A stretch of DNA of 64,000 nucleotides from a virus. The position numbers were made by a program, and so were the translations under genes. Positions 35,201-44,968 of the stretch are shown piece by piece. The DNA lies in the IMG/VR virus record IMGVR_UViG_3300030118_007055, positions 1 through 64,000 of that record; one strand, written 5' to 3'. Under the pieces are notes generated by a model. It was not told where the DNA came from, ran no database searches, and saw only the letters and a list, made by a program, of their open reading frames with translations. How positions within the stretch are numbered: position 1 is the first letter of the stretch; each line of letters starts with the position of its first letter.

Positions 35201-38200
35201 ATACAATGCGGGAACAGCAGTAGTTGAAGTAGAAGGCACTAATGGATCAGGAATATTTAAAGCAACAAACAGCCAAGGTTCTTACGCATGGTATGTTGAT
35301 GAAGATAACGATTCATTTAGATTGCATGATTTTATAGATTCCGCAGATAGAATAATGATTACTGGCAATGGTAATGTTTCTATAGCAACAACAGAAGTTG
35401 CTCCACACAAACTGAACGTAAAAGGCACAATTTCAAGGCTTAATAGCTCTAATATACAGGTTGTAAACCTTCAAACGGCAAGTGAGGCTGGTCAGGTATC
35501 AGTTCTAAATGCTGGAGGAACAGAAAGAGTTTTACTTCATTCTAATGGAGAAAGTTTTTTTAACGGCGGTAGTGTCGGCATAGGAACAACTGATCCAGAT
35601 GCACCTTTACATATAAAAACCTCTTCAAATGTAAACACCTTACGTGTTGACTCTGCTTATAATGAAGGAGCTGGCGCAGTTGCTACAATAAAAACCACAG
35701 CTAATGGAAATGTTTTAAGCCTAGAATCTGCTACAACTTCTGATAGTAGAGAAATTTTTGAAGTTAAAAATTCAAACGGTACAGTTCTTGAAGTTCAAGG
35801 TGATGGTAATGTTGGTATAAACAAAACTGATCCTGTATCAGCCCTTCACGTTGTTGGAGATGGATCAAATGCAGTGCGGATTGATAATGGTCATTTAAGA
35901 GTAACAACCACTTCTAATAATGACGCTATTCAAATCAATTCATCTGTTAGTAACGAAGCTAGAATACTTGCCTCTGATTTTGGAACATCCTCTGCTCATC
36001 CATTAAAAATAGCAGGAGATTATGTAAGAATTACTACAAGTGGAAATGCTGCTGCAACTGAAGTAGCAAGATTCACAGCAGATGGTGATGTTGGTGTAGG
36101 AACAACTGATCCTTTAGCAAAAATAAATACCAACGCACAATACTTCAATCCAATTACAGATGGAGAAAGCACGACATTAACAATTGGTACAAGTAATTCT
36201 GAAAGCGGTAAATCTAATATAATATTACAGAGTAATACTGAAATAGATAACGAAATTATGGGTGGAGTTTATTTCGCTCATGGAAGTGGACAAGCAGATG
36301 CTCACCGCACGGTTGCAGCTATAGAGTCTAGAGTTTCAGCTCATGGTACTACATCTTTGAATGGTGCAGATTTGTTATTCTTCACTAAACCAAAAGGCGC
36401 TGGAAGAGGAAGTGGAGACCCTCAATTATTTATTGGCGATAACGAAGAAGTTGGAATTGGAACTGGAAATCCAGCATGTAGATTTCACGTTAATTGTGAA
36501 GCTAATGAAGAAGTCGCTAGATTTGAATCTCAAGATAATGACGCTTTTATAAGAATAAAAGATAATACTGATAGTGTTTTTATAAGCCATGATGCCTCTG
36601 ACGATATAATGGGTCTTGGTTTTAACCAAAGTGCATCTTCTAGCAATCTTAACATCACTTCAGCAGGTAATGTCGGAATAGGAACAATTGCGGCTAGCAC
36701 AGTTGGAGGAACTGCGGCACTCACATTACAAAATTCAAGTGTGGCAATGGCTTGGGGTCCAAGTGTTGGCGAAGTAGTTTATCATAGAAGATTAAGTGCA
36801 GGTAAATTCCAAATCGTGCCATACTATGGAGGAAACATAGGAGAACTTCAATTGGCTCCTTACGGAGAAAATGACACTCCAGTTGTTATAGGAGCAACCG
36901 CTGCCGTGGCAGATGTGAAACTCCATGTAGAAGGAGTTATCTCTGGATCGAGTAATGCAATGTTTGATGGTAATGTTGGTATAGGAACAGTTAATCCAAC
37001 AAGCCGTTTTAGTGTCGGAGCGATGGCTGTAGGTAGGGCAGATGGCTCTGCGGTCACTGCAATGACTAAAACTATAGCCAACACCACCATTGGGGCGAAA
37101 CTTAGCTTCACTGGAGGAAACAACTCAAATAACAATATTATAGGTGGCCTAAGTATGGGTAATGAAGGTGAGGAATATGCAGGTATGTATTCTATTGATG
37201 GTGGGGCAGGTGGAGTAACTAACTTAGCTTTGTTTGCAGGAGACTCTACTTCAACTAATGAAGTTATGAGGCTTCAGAGTAATGGTAATATTGGTATTGG
37301 AGTAACTAATCCTCTAGCACCTTTACATTTGCAGGGATCAGCCTTAGCAGGTTATGAAGCTGGAGATGTGAGTGCAGACACCATGATGGTGATTGAGAAT
37401 GATGATAATGCGAGATTGGCTATTGTTGCTGCCGATCTTTGTGATGTATTCTTTGGAGATGCTGCGGATCAAGATGTAGGAAGAATTAGATATAATCATA
37501 GTGCGAATTCAATGGCATTTTTTACAAATGGCAGCGAGAAAATGCGTATTGACTCCGATGGTAAGGTAGGTATAGGAACAGATAATCCTAGTCAAGAATT
37601 AACCATATCCACTAAATCTGCTTCTGAAAATAATGCTACTTTGCATTTAGAAGTTGATGGCACTAACGTAGAGGGATTCATTAATCAAAATAACGGAGAA
37701 ATGCAATTCATTTCTCGCGAAAACACCACCAACGGTACATTTAAATTTCAAGGATCAAATGGTAGTGCATTTACTAACTACATGGTTATTGATGCTAATG
37801 GTAAAGTTGGTATAGGTAGCAATACTCCTGCTTACAAACTTGATGTTGCAGGTAGCATACAAGCCAAAGATGCTGGAGTTTTAGCTGGCGTTGGTGGTGA
37901 TGCAGATGGGTTTATATTTCATGACCTTTACACTGCTGGGGGTAATTATTGGGGATATAAGGCTTTAAGTAGCCCTAATAGACTTGCGATAGTTACTGAT
38001 GGAACTGAAGTATTAACCGTTGATTCAAATGCTAGAGTTGGTATAGGAACAAATAGTCCATCAGGGAAGTTAGATGTTGTTGGATTTTATAGAATAGGAA
38101 ATAACGTAACAAACAACAATAACAAATTATCCAGAATATTGGGTAGACATTATAACAACTCTGAGTTAGATCTTAATATTTTAACCTCAAATTCTACAAG

Positions 38201-39023
38201 CAGCACAAATCACATCAGTTTCGGAGGAGGTTCTTCGAGTTATAATCAGGCAACTACCATTGCTTTTTATACCTCACCGAATAACACTTCAGTTTATGCA
38301 GCAGGAACTGAAAGAATGCGTATAGATATAAATGGTAACGTTGGCATAGGAAACTTTTTTTCAGCTGATAATTCAAATGACCCCACTGGAACAAGGGTTC
38401 ATATAGCGGCTGAAGATACGAGTCCAAGTTTAGATGCAGCAACACTTGATGATTCCTCTTTAGTTGTTGGTAATTCTGATAGAGCCTACGGAATGGTATT
38501 TGGTGTTAGAAATGGTGGTCAAGGACAGATTCAACAGAGAAGAATGACATCTGCTCCTAGCGTCAATAACTATGCATTAGAACTCCAACCATACGGAGGA
38601 AATGTCGGAATTGGAACTGAAGACCCTAGTGACAAATTAACTGTAAATGGGTCTTTTTCTGCTAGTAGTAAAACTTTTAATATTGAACACCCTACGCAAT
38701 CAGGAAAACGATTAATTCATGGTTGTTTTGAGGGTCCAGAACATGGGGTTTACTTTAGAGGTAAAACACAAGATAGCGGTATACAAGCTCCAGAATATTG
38801 GTCTGCATTAGTTGATATAGAATCAATGACAGTTGATGTAACTCCAATAGGTCCGAATCAAAGTATTTATGTTGATAGAATAGAAGATAATGGGGATGTG
38901 TATGTTGGCGCTAATACTAGCGAGCCGCTTAATTATTTTTATATTATTTATGGTGAACGAAAAGATGTAGATAAGTTAGAAGTTGTAAAAGATAATCCTC
39001 CTCCAAACACAGGAACTGCTTAA
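32244..39023 (+). CDS. long tail fibre / adhesin
   Basis: many GNVGIGT repeats, GG-x-x-N beta-roll segment, C-terminal KTFNIEHP...HGCFEGPE..VYFRG domain. Confidence 0.85.
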   Translation: MATINILDTSSTGFIPYYDEAFTEFIKATGAGKIYNGSGLYDSFLIGMSKDIADITPTISGTLSESLTFASGNTIGTVDIRGTGDNYFNGLTGSTFTGQSLDPSSTYFHGLYARMTGVPGIGGGVATGILGSGADATSFSSGLYSGSFTTDARIYNFDTIYNTGTQSGSGIFLEKSSVIGLSIFDRLGEDIDTNEEFIGNPFISGVHIDIMNSDGSIAKSGFLSGYRQAEFVFGEGDNVNIFGSFATDYGIRTRIVSFDEDISTGNIFLHGNRVEINSINVVDGTGSFLDENPINFIAPNTGLSNALPFTNRQKISDYNISGAISLNLKFEPTRAKFKDVQIFATSGDIESLVLDSKSLIKTQPIFGRVAPIRLVSDDGLDANRDYNFKIIPSSDVATGRPWVIGPYRIAEKKLANTNPIFSNVGFPQNIESKIGFGTSVPPESNTLEVYGTAAGATSPSIVVGIGTTTTTATVGIGTSTAPTGKNTFEVVGIGSTAPSLVIGTGSATAGVGIGTTEAPTGNTLEVVGLGTTSPSIVVGIGSTATATVGIGTSAAPTGKNTLEVVGIGSTIPSLIVGSGSGTAGVGIGTTQLSSTGNTLEVVGIGSTIPSIAVSCGIGSTAGFVGIGSSDPSFPLDASTISKANIAAANSFIFSTGSAIFGGANHIISGDFNVIAGGSKGQISGNNFNFIGGGTGVNVDLSQFSSSIGGFDNDINNGSYSVIGGGRQNLISGVDGESHSDNSAILGGQENKIVAAPYGFIGGGANHLITGSTSIYSAILGGNNNQIKQSQFGVILGGDGSKITHANHALTAGNFSTVQSGHNGAFVLSDSRSAEYTSSGANTLNLRFQSGLFLDTDSGIFINGNPVVTGDNSSDVDTLQTVTSRGATTTNDITVADLLVQNDGQVRANGAGGLTLGNTNGGTIFVSGTSAKSVITPRVNHLYLQSNRDEDDIIFQAGEADVEMARFDSANQRFGIGTNNPQEKLHVYNAGTAVVEVEGTNGSGIFKATNSQGSYAWYVDEDNDSFRLHDFIDSADRIMITGNGNVSIATTEVAPHKLNVKGTISRLNSSNIQVVNLQTASEAGQVSVLNAGGTERVLLHSNGESFFNGGSVGIGTTDPDAPLHIKTSSNVNTLRVDSAYNEGAGAVATIKTTANGNVLSLESATTSDSREIFEVKNSNGTVLEVQGDGNVGINKTDPVSALHVVGDGSNAVRIDNGHLRVTTTSNNDAIQINSSVSNEARILASDFGTSSAHPLKIAGDYVRITTSGNAAATEVARFTADGDVGVGTTDPLAKINTNAQYFNPITDGESTTLTIGTSNSESGKSNIILQSNTEIDNEIMGGVYFAHGSGQADAHRTVAAIESRVSAHGTTSLNGADLLFFTKPKGAGRGSGDPQLFIGDNEEVGIGTGNPACRFHVNCEANEEVARFESQDNDAFIRIKDNTDSVFISHDASDDIMGLGFNQSASSSNLNITSAGNVGIGTIAASTVGGTAALTLQNSSVAMAWGPSVGEVVYHRRLSAGKFQIVPYYGGNIGELQLAPYGENDTPVVIGATAAVADVKLHVEGVISGSSNAMFDGNVGIGTVNPTSRFSVGAMAVGRADGSAVTAMTKTIANTTIGAKLSFTGGNNSNNNIIGGLSMGNEGEEYAGMYSIDGGAGGVTNLALFAGDSTSTNEVMRLQSNGNIGIGVTNPLAPLHLQGSALAGYEAGDVSADTMMVIENDDNARLAIVAADLCDVFFGDAADQDVGRIRYNHSANSMAFFTNGSEKMRIDSDGKVGIGTDNPSQELTISTKSASENNATLHLEVDGTNVEGFINQNNGEMQFISRENTTNGTFKFQGSNGSAFTNYMVIDANGKVGIGSNTPAYKLDVAGSIQAKDAGVLAGVGGDADGFIFHDLYTAGGNYWGYKALSSPNRLAIVTDGTEVLTVDSNARVGIGTNSPSGKLDVVGFYRIGNNVTNNNNKLSRILGRHYNNSELDLNILTSNSTSSTNHISFGGGSSSYNQATTIAFYTSPNNTSVYAAGTERMRIDINGNVGIGNFFSADNSNDPTGTRVHIAAEDTSPSLDAATLDDSSLVVGNSDRAYGMVFGVRNGGQGQIQQRRMTSAPSVNNYALELQPYGGNVGIGTEDPSDKLTVNGSFSASSKTFNIEHPTQSGKRLIHGCFEGPEHGVYFRGKTQDSGIQAPEYWSALVDIESMTVDVTPIGPNQSIYVDRIEDNGDVYVGANTSEPLNYFYIIYGERKDVDKLEVVKDNPPPNTGTA
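33540..34130 (+). repeat. five tandem ~38-40-aa repeats inside the fibre
   Basis: GIGTxxAPTG(K)NTLEVVGIGSTxPSxxVG units with synonymous divergence. Confidence 0.8.
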
Positions 39024-39066
39024 ATAATGAATTTGAATTTTTAGTATATTTTAATATATTAAATTA

Positions 39067-39750
39067 ATGCTTAAATGTATATTTTTAACGCCAATAGCTG
39101 ACACTTTATCAGGTAATCTTTTACCAAATTATTTAAGACTGCAATCATGGTGTGAAAAAAATAACTCTGCCATACTAACCTGTCATAGATTGTTTTTAAA
39201 TTTTGCTCGCAATTATCTTGCAACAGGAGGAAAAGGATTTGTTGATACTAGCCCACCAGAAGCAGAGTGGCTGTTTTGGATAGATTCTGATGTAAATTTT
39301 ACTATAGAACAAGTTGAATATTTACTATCAATTGATCCTAGTAAAAAATTTGTAACAGGTTGGTACAGATCAAATTATTCTGACAACGCAATGGTTGGAA
39401 ATTGGGATGAGGATTTCTTTAGGAAGCACCATCACATGCCTTTTAGCTCAGTCGAATGGCTCGATGAGCTTGGAAAAAAATCACCGAATAAACTAGTAGA
39501 AGTAGATTGGTGTGGTTTCGGTTTTACTAAAATCCATAGATCTATATTTGAACAAATGGATTACCCATATTTTCCATTAAATCATGCGGAAATAAAAGAT
39601 TGTGATAACCGACAGGGCGGCAAATTTAATTTAAATGATTTATCTTTTGAGGATGTTAGTTTTTGTCAGAACTGCTACAAAAAAACAGGCATAAAACCTT
39701 TGGTAGTGCCTTCAGTAAGATTACCACATTATAAATCATTCTTCGTTTAA
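39067..39750 (+). CDS. GT-A/GT2-like glycosyltransferase
   Basis: ARNYL, WLFWIDSD, VDWCGFGF, EDVSFC; upstream TTGAAT-16bp-TATATT-6nt-ATG. Confidence 0.75.
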   Translation: MLKCIFLTPIADTLSGNLLPNYLRLQSWCEKNNSAILTCHRLFLNFARNYLATGGKGFVDTSPPEAEWLFWIDSDVNFTIEQVEYLLSIDPSKKFVTGWYRSNYSDNAMVGNWDEDFFRKHHHMPFSSVEWLDELGKKSPNKLVEVDWCGFGFTKIHRSIFEQMDYPYFPLNHAEIKDCDNRQGGKFNLNDLSFEDVSFCQNCYKKTGIKPLVVPSVRLPHYKSFFV

Positions 39751-39969
39751 TTTTTCGTCTACTTTAAACGCTTGGAAATGCGGAGTATTTCCATTACTAA
39801 AATCATTTTTAAAAATACAAACTTTGTGGAGTTTGCCATCAATGTTTATATTGCCTGATAAAAAAGTTTTGCCGTTTGGTTGTTCTTTGGTCCAAAAAAC
39901 CCCAACTTTATTCTTTTTCCATTTCGATGGTTTTTTGTTCAAGGGCTTCGATGAAGTCTTTTCTTGCAT
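39736..39969 (-). CDS. small DUF736-like protein
   Basis: VGVFW...GKTFLSG...IFKN...PHF. Confidence 0.5.
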   Translation of the reverse strand: MQEKTSSKPLNKKPSKWKKNKVGVFWTKEQPNGKTFLSGNINIDGKLHKVCIFKNDFSNGNTPHFQAFKVDEKLNEE

Positions 39970-40078
39970 GATGCGGTAATGATTTATATTTTGATTTTAG
40001 ATTTCTGTAAACTCTCCTAGTAAAATCATTCATAGGAGGGCAAATTTTTCTAAGCCTTTTAGCGACTCTTCCATTCAT
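39908..40078 (-). CDS. basic hypothetical protein, 56 aa
   Basis: read by hand: MNGRVAKRLRK...RRVYRNLK; ATGA overlap with upstream gene. Confidence 0.55.
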   Translation of the reverse strand: MNGRVAKRLRKICPPMNDFTRRVYRNLKSKYKSLPHHARKDFIEALEQKTIEMEKE

Positions 40079-40533
40079 ATTTTAGCGACGTATGTTTCTG
40101 AGTCTTTTACAAAACCCATTTTTTTATAAAAATTACATATTTTTTCAAACTTATCTGACTTACAAACGGCAGACATACTAACATATTCAAACTCTTGTTT
40201 TTTAGCAAATTCTAATGCTTTAGCTAGCAATTTAAAGCTTGCTTTTGGGTTATTAGATATCCAAGCATATTCTACAAATATTTTTTTTGCAAACTTTTCA
40301 CTCTTATGGTTCATGAAAGATATAACTGCATCATAATTGCCATCGGTATTTAAATTAGCCCAAACAAAAAAATCCCATAATAAAACTTTACTGTTAGCGT
40401 AAGATGACATGATTGATTCTATATCATGTGGAAAAAACTGATGGAACCCATCCTGATCTTTTTCTCCAAATAAATTATAAATATCTCGTGCGACCTTTCG
40501 AAATTTATCAGGGTTTGTGATCCTCTCTATCAT
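40075..40533 (-). CDS. GNAT-fold acetyltransferase-like protein
   Basis: EYAW...KLLAKALEFAK...FYKKMGF. Confidence 0.6.
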   Translation of the reverse strand: MIERITNPDKFRKVARDIYNLFGEKDQDGFHQFFPHDIESIMSSYANSKVLLWDFFVWANLNTDGNYDAVISFMNHKSEKFAKKIFVEYAWISNNPKASFKLLAKALEFAKKQEFEYVSMSAVCKSDKFEKICNFYKKMGFVKDSETYVAKI

Positions 40534-41294
40534 TATTTTTTTAATACTGCTATTAACTTCCTAGCGTCTTTAGCTGATATATCTTCAAAAGAGGACCAGT
40601 CTCTTGCCTGTTCATTGCGATAAGTTTCTTTCTTCCAAAAATCTCTTAGTATCGATTTAAAATCATTAAATGATGTAACATTATGTTTTGTTTTAAGTAT
40701 TTTCTCTAAAAGATCAGTTGGAGTTATTGCAGGTGCATCATCATATTCAACGCTAATTGAATTATCGGCATTTTTAGATTTATCAATTTCATCTGCACCT
40801 ACGATATGCACATTCAAATAATTCCTCACACATCTTACAAAAGCTCTATTGCAAGCTATAGTCTCTAAAAATTTCATGCAAAAATCATCAGTATTTAGTT
40901 CTGAAGCGTTAGCAAAATCTGTATACGTAATGATAGAGTCGTTAGCGGTCTCGTAATTATTTGACCAACATATGGTGCATTTAGCAGTTACATAACTAGC
41001 TGACACATTCTTAACATCAAAATCAACTGATATATAACCTCTTAACTTAGCAAGCTCTTTTATACCACCCAACATGATTAGAAGTTGTCGATCCTCTAAC
41101 CCCTCAATTGAATCTGGTACAGGTTTTTTTCTAATATTAAACCAATCCTTATTAGGATATAAAAACTCAGGTTTAATCATAGCTCTCCAATTTACAGAGC
41201 CGTCATCATTAAAAATATAATTTACATTATCTAAAAGCCCGTGCTCATTTCTTTTATAAATATCGGGTCCATACTTTTTTTTAGCTTTGCTCAT
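40533..41294 (-). CDS. hypothetical protein, possible Rad52-like ssDNA annealing protein
   Basis: LGGIKELA, ETIACNRAFVRCVR..VGADE; start moved to MSKAKK. Confidence 0.4.
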   Translation of the reverse strand: MSKAKKKYGPDIYKRNEHGLLDNVNYIFNDDGSVNWRAMIKPEFLYPNKDWFNIRKKPVPDSIEGLEDRQLLIMLGGIKELAKLRGYISVDFDVKNVSASYVTAKCTICWSNNYETANDSIITYTDFANASELNTDDFCMKFLETIACNRAFVRCVRNYLNVHIVGADEIDKSKNADNSISVEYDDAPAITPTDLLEKILKTKHNVTSFNDFKSILRDFWKKETYRNEQARDWSSFEDISAKDARKLIAVLKK

Positions 41295-42423
41295 ATATAA
41301 AAAATTGTTGTGATTCTTGCCAGAATTCATCAATATCTATCACTCTATCATTATTGTCAAGATTTTTTTTCATGTGAGCCGCGCTAGCATAAACTTTTCC
41401 ATCTTTTAAAATTTTCTTCTTAGTAAAAAATTTAGATTTATGGTCTGTAACACAATTTTTAGCACTATCTATATTATAAGTTTGTATATTATAATCAAAA
41501 TATTGGTTTTGAATTTTTGGGAGTGATTTAATATTTTTAACTAATATTGTGTATTTTATATTTAATATATTTAAATTTTCAAAATACTCCGAATCAATCT
41601 TATCAGAGTCCTCATCAACAAAAATAAATATTTCTTTTATATTAGATTTATATGGCATCAATTGCTCCATATCAATCGCAAAATCAAAGAATAGTGAACT
41701 TTTATGCGCCGCACAATATTTTTTTAAAGAGTCCATGTCTAAGCCATAATCTGCTCTAATAAATATGTTATAATTTTTATCAACCTCTATGTTATGAAAA
41801 CTTGTGGGTACGATTTCTACAGCGGGATTTCCAAAGGCATGACCAGCTTGCAATGTTTTAAAATTAACTTTTAATTTTTCTATTTTAATTAACTTTAAAA
41901 TTGATTGAGCTATTAACTCTGGTTTGATAAAATTTATCTGTCTTTTAGGATCTTGAGGCGCAAAACAAGGATTTTTATCCCATTCTGGCTCTAAGTCTAT
42001 AACTTTAGATGAATCACCTAATAATGGCTTCGTAAGGCTCTTATAAATGTTTCCGTAAATGTTAACTGAGGGTATCCTTTTAAAGTTCGCTATCTGACTT
42101 AAAACTCCATCACAGCCAACGTAAAGCATACTTTTCGATATTATATAAGCTTGCTGTTTTAAAGGCAAATTAAGTGTTTTATTAACTCCCTCTATATGAT
42201 TAGCTGAACCTAACTGCACAACTTTTATGTTATGTTTATGGAATAAAGGTCTGAGTATATGTACAACTATATTAAAATATTTATAGTTTCTAGAATGAGT
42301 TGAATCCTCATTATATATGACTATATATTTATCAAATTCTAAGGGGAAAAAATGATCTTTAAATATTGGCTTAGATATTTTAACACCTAAACTTTTTGCA
42401 TATTCTTTTAATAAGTGGGGCAT
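41281..42423 (-). CDS. GT9/heptosyltransferase-like glycosyltransferase fold protein
   Basis: VVQLG, AYIISKSMLYVGCDG, IPSVNIYG, IKPELIA. Confidence 0.65.
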   Translation of the reverse strand: MPHLLKEYAKSLGVKISKPIFKDHFFPLEFDKYIVIYNEDSTHSRNYKYFNIVVHILRPLFHKHNIKVVQLGSANHIEGVNKTLNLPLKQQAYIISKSMLYVGCDGVLSQIANFKRIPSVNIYGNIYKSLTKPLLGDSSKVIDLEPEWDKNPCFAPQDPKRQINFIKPELIAQSILKLIKIEKLKVNFKTLQAGHAFGNPAVEIVPTSFHNIEVDKNYNIFIRADYGLDMDSLKKYCAAHKSSLFFDFAIDMEQLMPYKSNIKEIFIFVDEDSDKIDSEYFENLNILNIKYTILVKNIKSLPKIQNQYFDYNIQTYNIDSAKNCVTDHKSKFFTKKKILKDGKVYASAAHMKKNLDNNDRVIDIDEFWQESQQFFIYEQS

Positions 42424-44312
42424 TACGTTAAAGAAAATTGAATTTTATCTTTACCATTATGTAGATATGATATTTGTTTTTGAGTTGTAGCATGAGGATG
42501 AAAAATCATTTCAAAATAACCCTCATGATCTGAGCATCCTTCCATTGCTAGCGTGTCCTCTAAGATGGGACTATATGGTAAAAGTTTATGAATATTTGGG
42601 TGGTCATCGACACAGGAAAAATACTTTGGGTTTGTGAAAACATATATATTATGTTTTTTGTAAAGTTTTTTTACGTTAGTTAGTAAGCAATTAACAAAAA
42701 ATAAATCAATCTCAGATTGAGGTAAAACAACGGCAATTCTTTTTTCTTTACCTTCATTGTCAAGCAACTCGCTCAAATCCCGCGTAGATCTTTTAGCTAT
42801 TATATCTTGAGCGGTTTTTTTAAAATGATTAACAATTTCAATGGGTTTTACACCAGAGTTTATATGACCCATCCAATGTTTAAATCCTGCTGTATTCTCA
42901 TCTACGTCCTCATTTAAAATATTTTTATATATATCTATCAAAAAATCTTTAGAGCTTGGATAATTATTCTTTGGCTCATAATCAATATTAAAAAATAATT
43001 TTTTTAAATTAAAATCATAATCAACATCGGGCATCTCATCAATTATTTTTTCTAATTTTTTACCTATAACCTCTACTGAAAAATTGTCTATTACCCACTG
43101 CCTAGATTTTTGTCCTAATTTTTTTCTATCATCTAAGCTCATATCATGAACTTTTTTAAGATTTTCAAAAATACTATCTGGTGAAGTTGAAGCTTTAATG
43201 AACTGAGTCCCAGGTTCTCTGTACTCACTCCAAGTTAATGGCAGACCGCCGCTTTCATGTGAACAGCTATCCTCACCGCATGAATAATTAGTTACAAGAG
43301 TAATCAATTCTGTTAATTTAGCCTCTTGAACTGGTATCTCTTGACCGCCACTAGTAAAGGGATGGCAATAAACATCCATTAAATTATAAATTTCATTAAG
43401 CTGCTTCTCTGTAACCCCTTTATTGGTATTAGTTGTATTTAAGCATTTTTGCGCTCCACATTTATTACAATTATTTTCTTGCCCGCTAAAGACTTTAACT
43501 TGGTATGAATTACAGTTGCTACAAACATAAGTTGTTAAAATATCGTTTATATCAATATTTTTTTCCTCTAGCATCCTAGGTATATCCCAACCCTCAGCCC
43601 AATGAGTATGCAGTAATAATTTAGCTCTAGGCTGCACTTTTTTAAACAACTTAAAACCATCTAATAAATTTGGCACACTCTTTCTTAATTGATTTCTAAA
43701 AACAAAACCTATTATATATTCATTACTTAAATTATTTTTTTGTCTTAAAATGTCCCTATCTTGATCAGATAGTCTATGAAAACTACTAGTATCTAAAGAA
43801 CCTCTTAAAGTCTTTACGTGGTCATATCCCATTTCTTTGAAGGCTTTTTCAGCAAAAGTAGACCACACGTAATAATTTTTAATCTTAGGAGCGAAATCTA
43901 CAGCTTGTGGTAATATTGGTAGACTATCTAAAGTAGTCCAAATCATCGTATTGACTTTGTTCCACCAAGGTTTGCTAGAAAAATCACCAAAAGCCCAAAT
44001 ATCTTCTATGCCTATGTAAACATCAGGTTTAAATTCTTCTATAGCTTTATCCACTAACTTATTACCATACCCCTCCTTTCTTTGTTCATCTGGACTTAAT
44101 CCTTGTAGTTGATTATGAGGCGGTAACGCTCCTTTACATGTCCAAGGAACAGTTTTTGCATGAGCATCATCCCATTGTAAAGCGTTCGCTAACTCAACTA
44201 TGTTATACTTTCCAGTATTATAAAGATAACGTAAAATATTTTTTTTATTTTTGCCAAAACCAGTAAAAGCTCTGCAAAAATTAGAATGAATTAAAACTGT
44301 TTTTTTCTTCAT
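42423..44312 (-). CDS. GT4 (GT-B) glycosyltransferase with CxxC-CxxC insert
   Basis: TGFG, FRNQLRK, LLLHTH, LNEIYNLMDVYCHPFTSGGQEIPVQEA. Confidence 0.85.
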   Translation of the reverse strand: MKKKTVLIHSNFCRAFTGFGKNKKNILRYLYNTGKYNIVELANALQWDDAHAKTVPWTCKGALPPHNQLQGLSPDEQRKEGYGNKLVDKAIEEFKPDVYIGIEDIWAFGDFSSKPWWNKVNTMIWTTLDSLPILPQAVDFAPKIKNYYVWSTFAEKAFKEMGYDHVKTLRGSLDTSSFHRLSDQDRDILRQKNNLSNEYIIGFVFRNQLRKSVPNLLDGFKLFKKVQPRAKLLLHTHWAEGWDIPRMLEEKNIDINDILTTYVCSNCNSYQVKVFSGQENNCNKCGAQKCLNTTNTNKGVTEKQLNEIYNLMDVYCHPFTSGGQEIPVQEAKLTELITLVTNYSCGEDSCSHESGGLPLTWSEYREPGTQFIKASTSPDSIFENLKKVHDMSLDDRKKLGQKSRQWVIDNFSVEVIGKKLEKIIDEMPDVDYDFNLKKLFFNIDYEPKNNYPSSKDFLIDIYKNILNEDVDENTAGFKHWMGHINSGVKPIEIVNHFKKTAQDIIAKRSTRDLSELLDNEGKEKRIAVVLPQSEIDLFFVNCLLTNVKKLYKKHNIYVFTNPKYFSCVDDHPNIHKLLPYSPILEDTLAMEGCSDHEGYFEMIFHPHATTQKQISYLHNGKDKIQFSLT

Positions 44313-44800
44313 TAATTGCTAGACGATCTAAGATCTTTAGCTTTTTGCAATCTATGTAAGTAAAGTTCTTGCAAATAAACCTTTAAAAACTCCAGTAAAG
44401 AGTAAGCTTCAGACATTTCAACTCCAATACCAAATTTATTTGCTGAGTTTCTATTTATAGAGAAAGAAAACGCTTTTGTACCATCTTTTTTATTATATGG
44501 TTTAAAAGATATGGCTGTTTTATTATCTTGATAAGAATGAAAAGCAGAGAATTCGCAATAATTAGTTATTGCATTTATCAAACCGCCAACCTCTATCTCA
44601 TTAAGTTTTAGTGAGATGGATTTCTCTGTGTTTTTGGCGTTTTCCGAAAATGATCCAGTTCTTTTTTCTTGATTCCAAGAAAATTGTTTTATGGCTCTTA
44701 CAAAAATACAAGGCTCTTTATTTTTTTGGTTTGGCCCAATATCAAAGCTGACGGCACACCCAGTATTTTTAGAATTAGGCTTATAGTATTGTACAATCAT
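44312..44800 (-). CDS. putative Whirly/PC4-like ssDNA-binding protein
   Basis: QYYKP...AVSF...SISLKLNEIEVG; duplicated beta-sheet/helix pattern. Confidence 0.4.
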   Translation of the reverse strand: MIVQYYKPNSKNTGCAVSFDIGPNQKNKEPCIFVRAIKQFSWNQEKRTGSFSENAKNTEKSISLKLNEIEVGGLINAITNYCEFSAFHSYQDNKTAISFKPYNKKDGTKAFSFSINRNSANKFGIGVEMSEAYSLLEFLKVYLQELYLHRLQKAKDLRSSSN

Positions 44801-44968
44801 GTACGATACTATTAATAAAGTAGTATTTTTCTATATAAAATTACTTTTGAGCTTTTTTTATTTGATCAGTAGTAGGAGCGCCCTTATCTCCTTTTTTACG
44901 CATTTTTTCGCCTGATCCTCTTTTAATGCGTTCTCTTTTTTTTCTAATATTTTCCCAAAGACTACTCT

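Noticed and set aside
15732-39023. Diversity-generating retroelement or shufflon acting on fibres
   Set aside because: No reverse transcriptase, invertase or TR/VR-like nucleotide repeat pair noticed.
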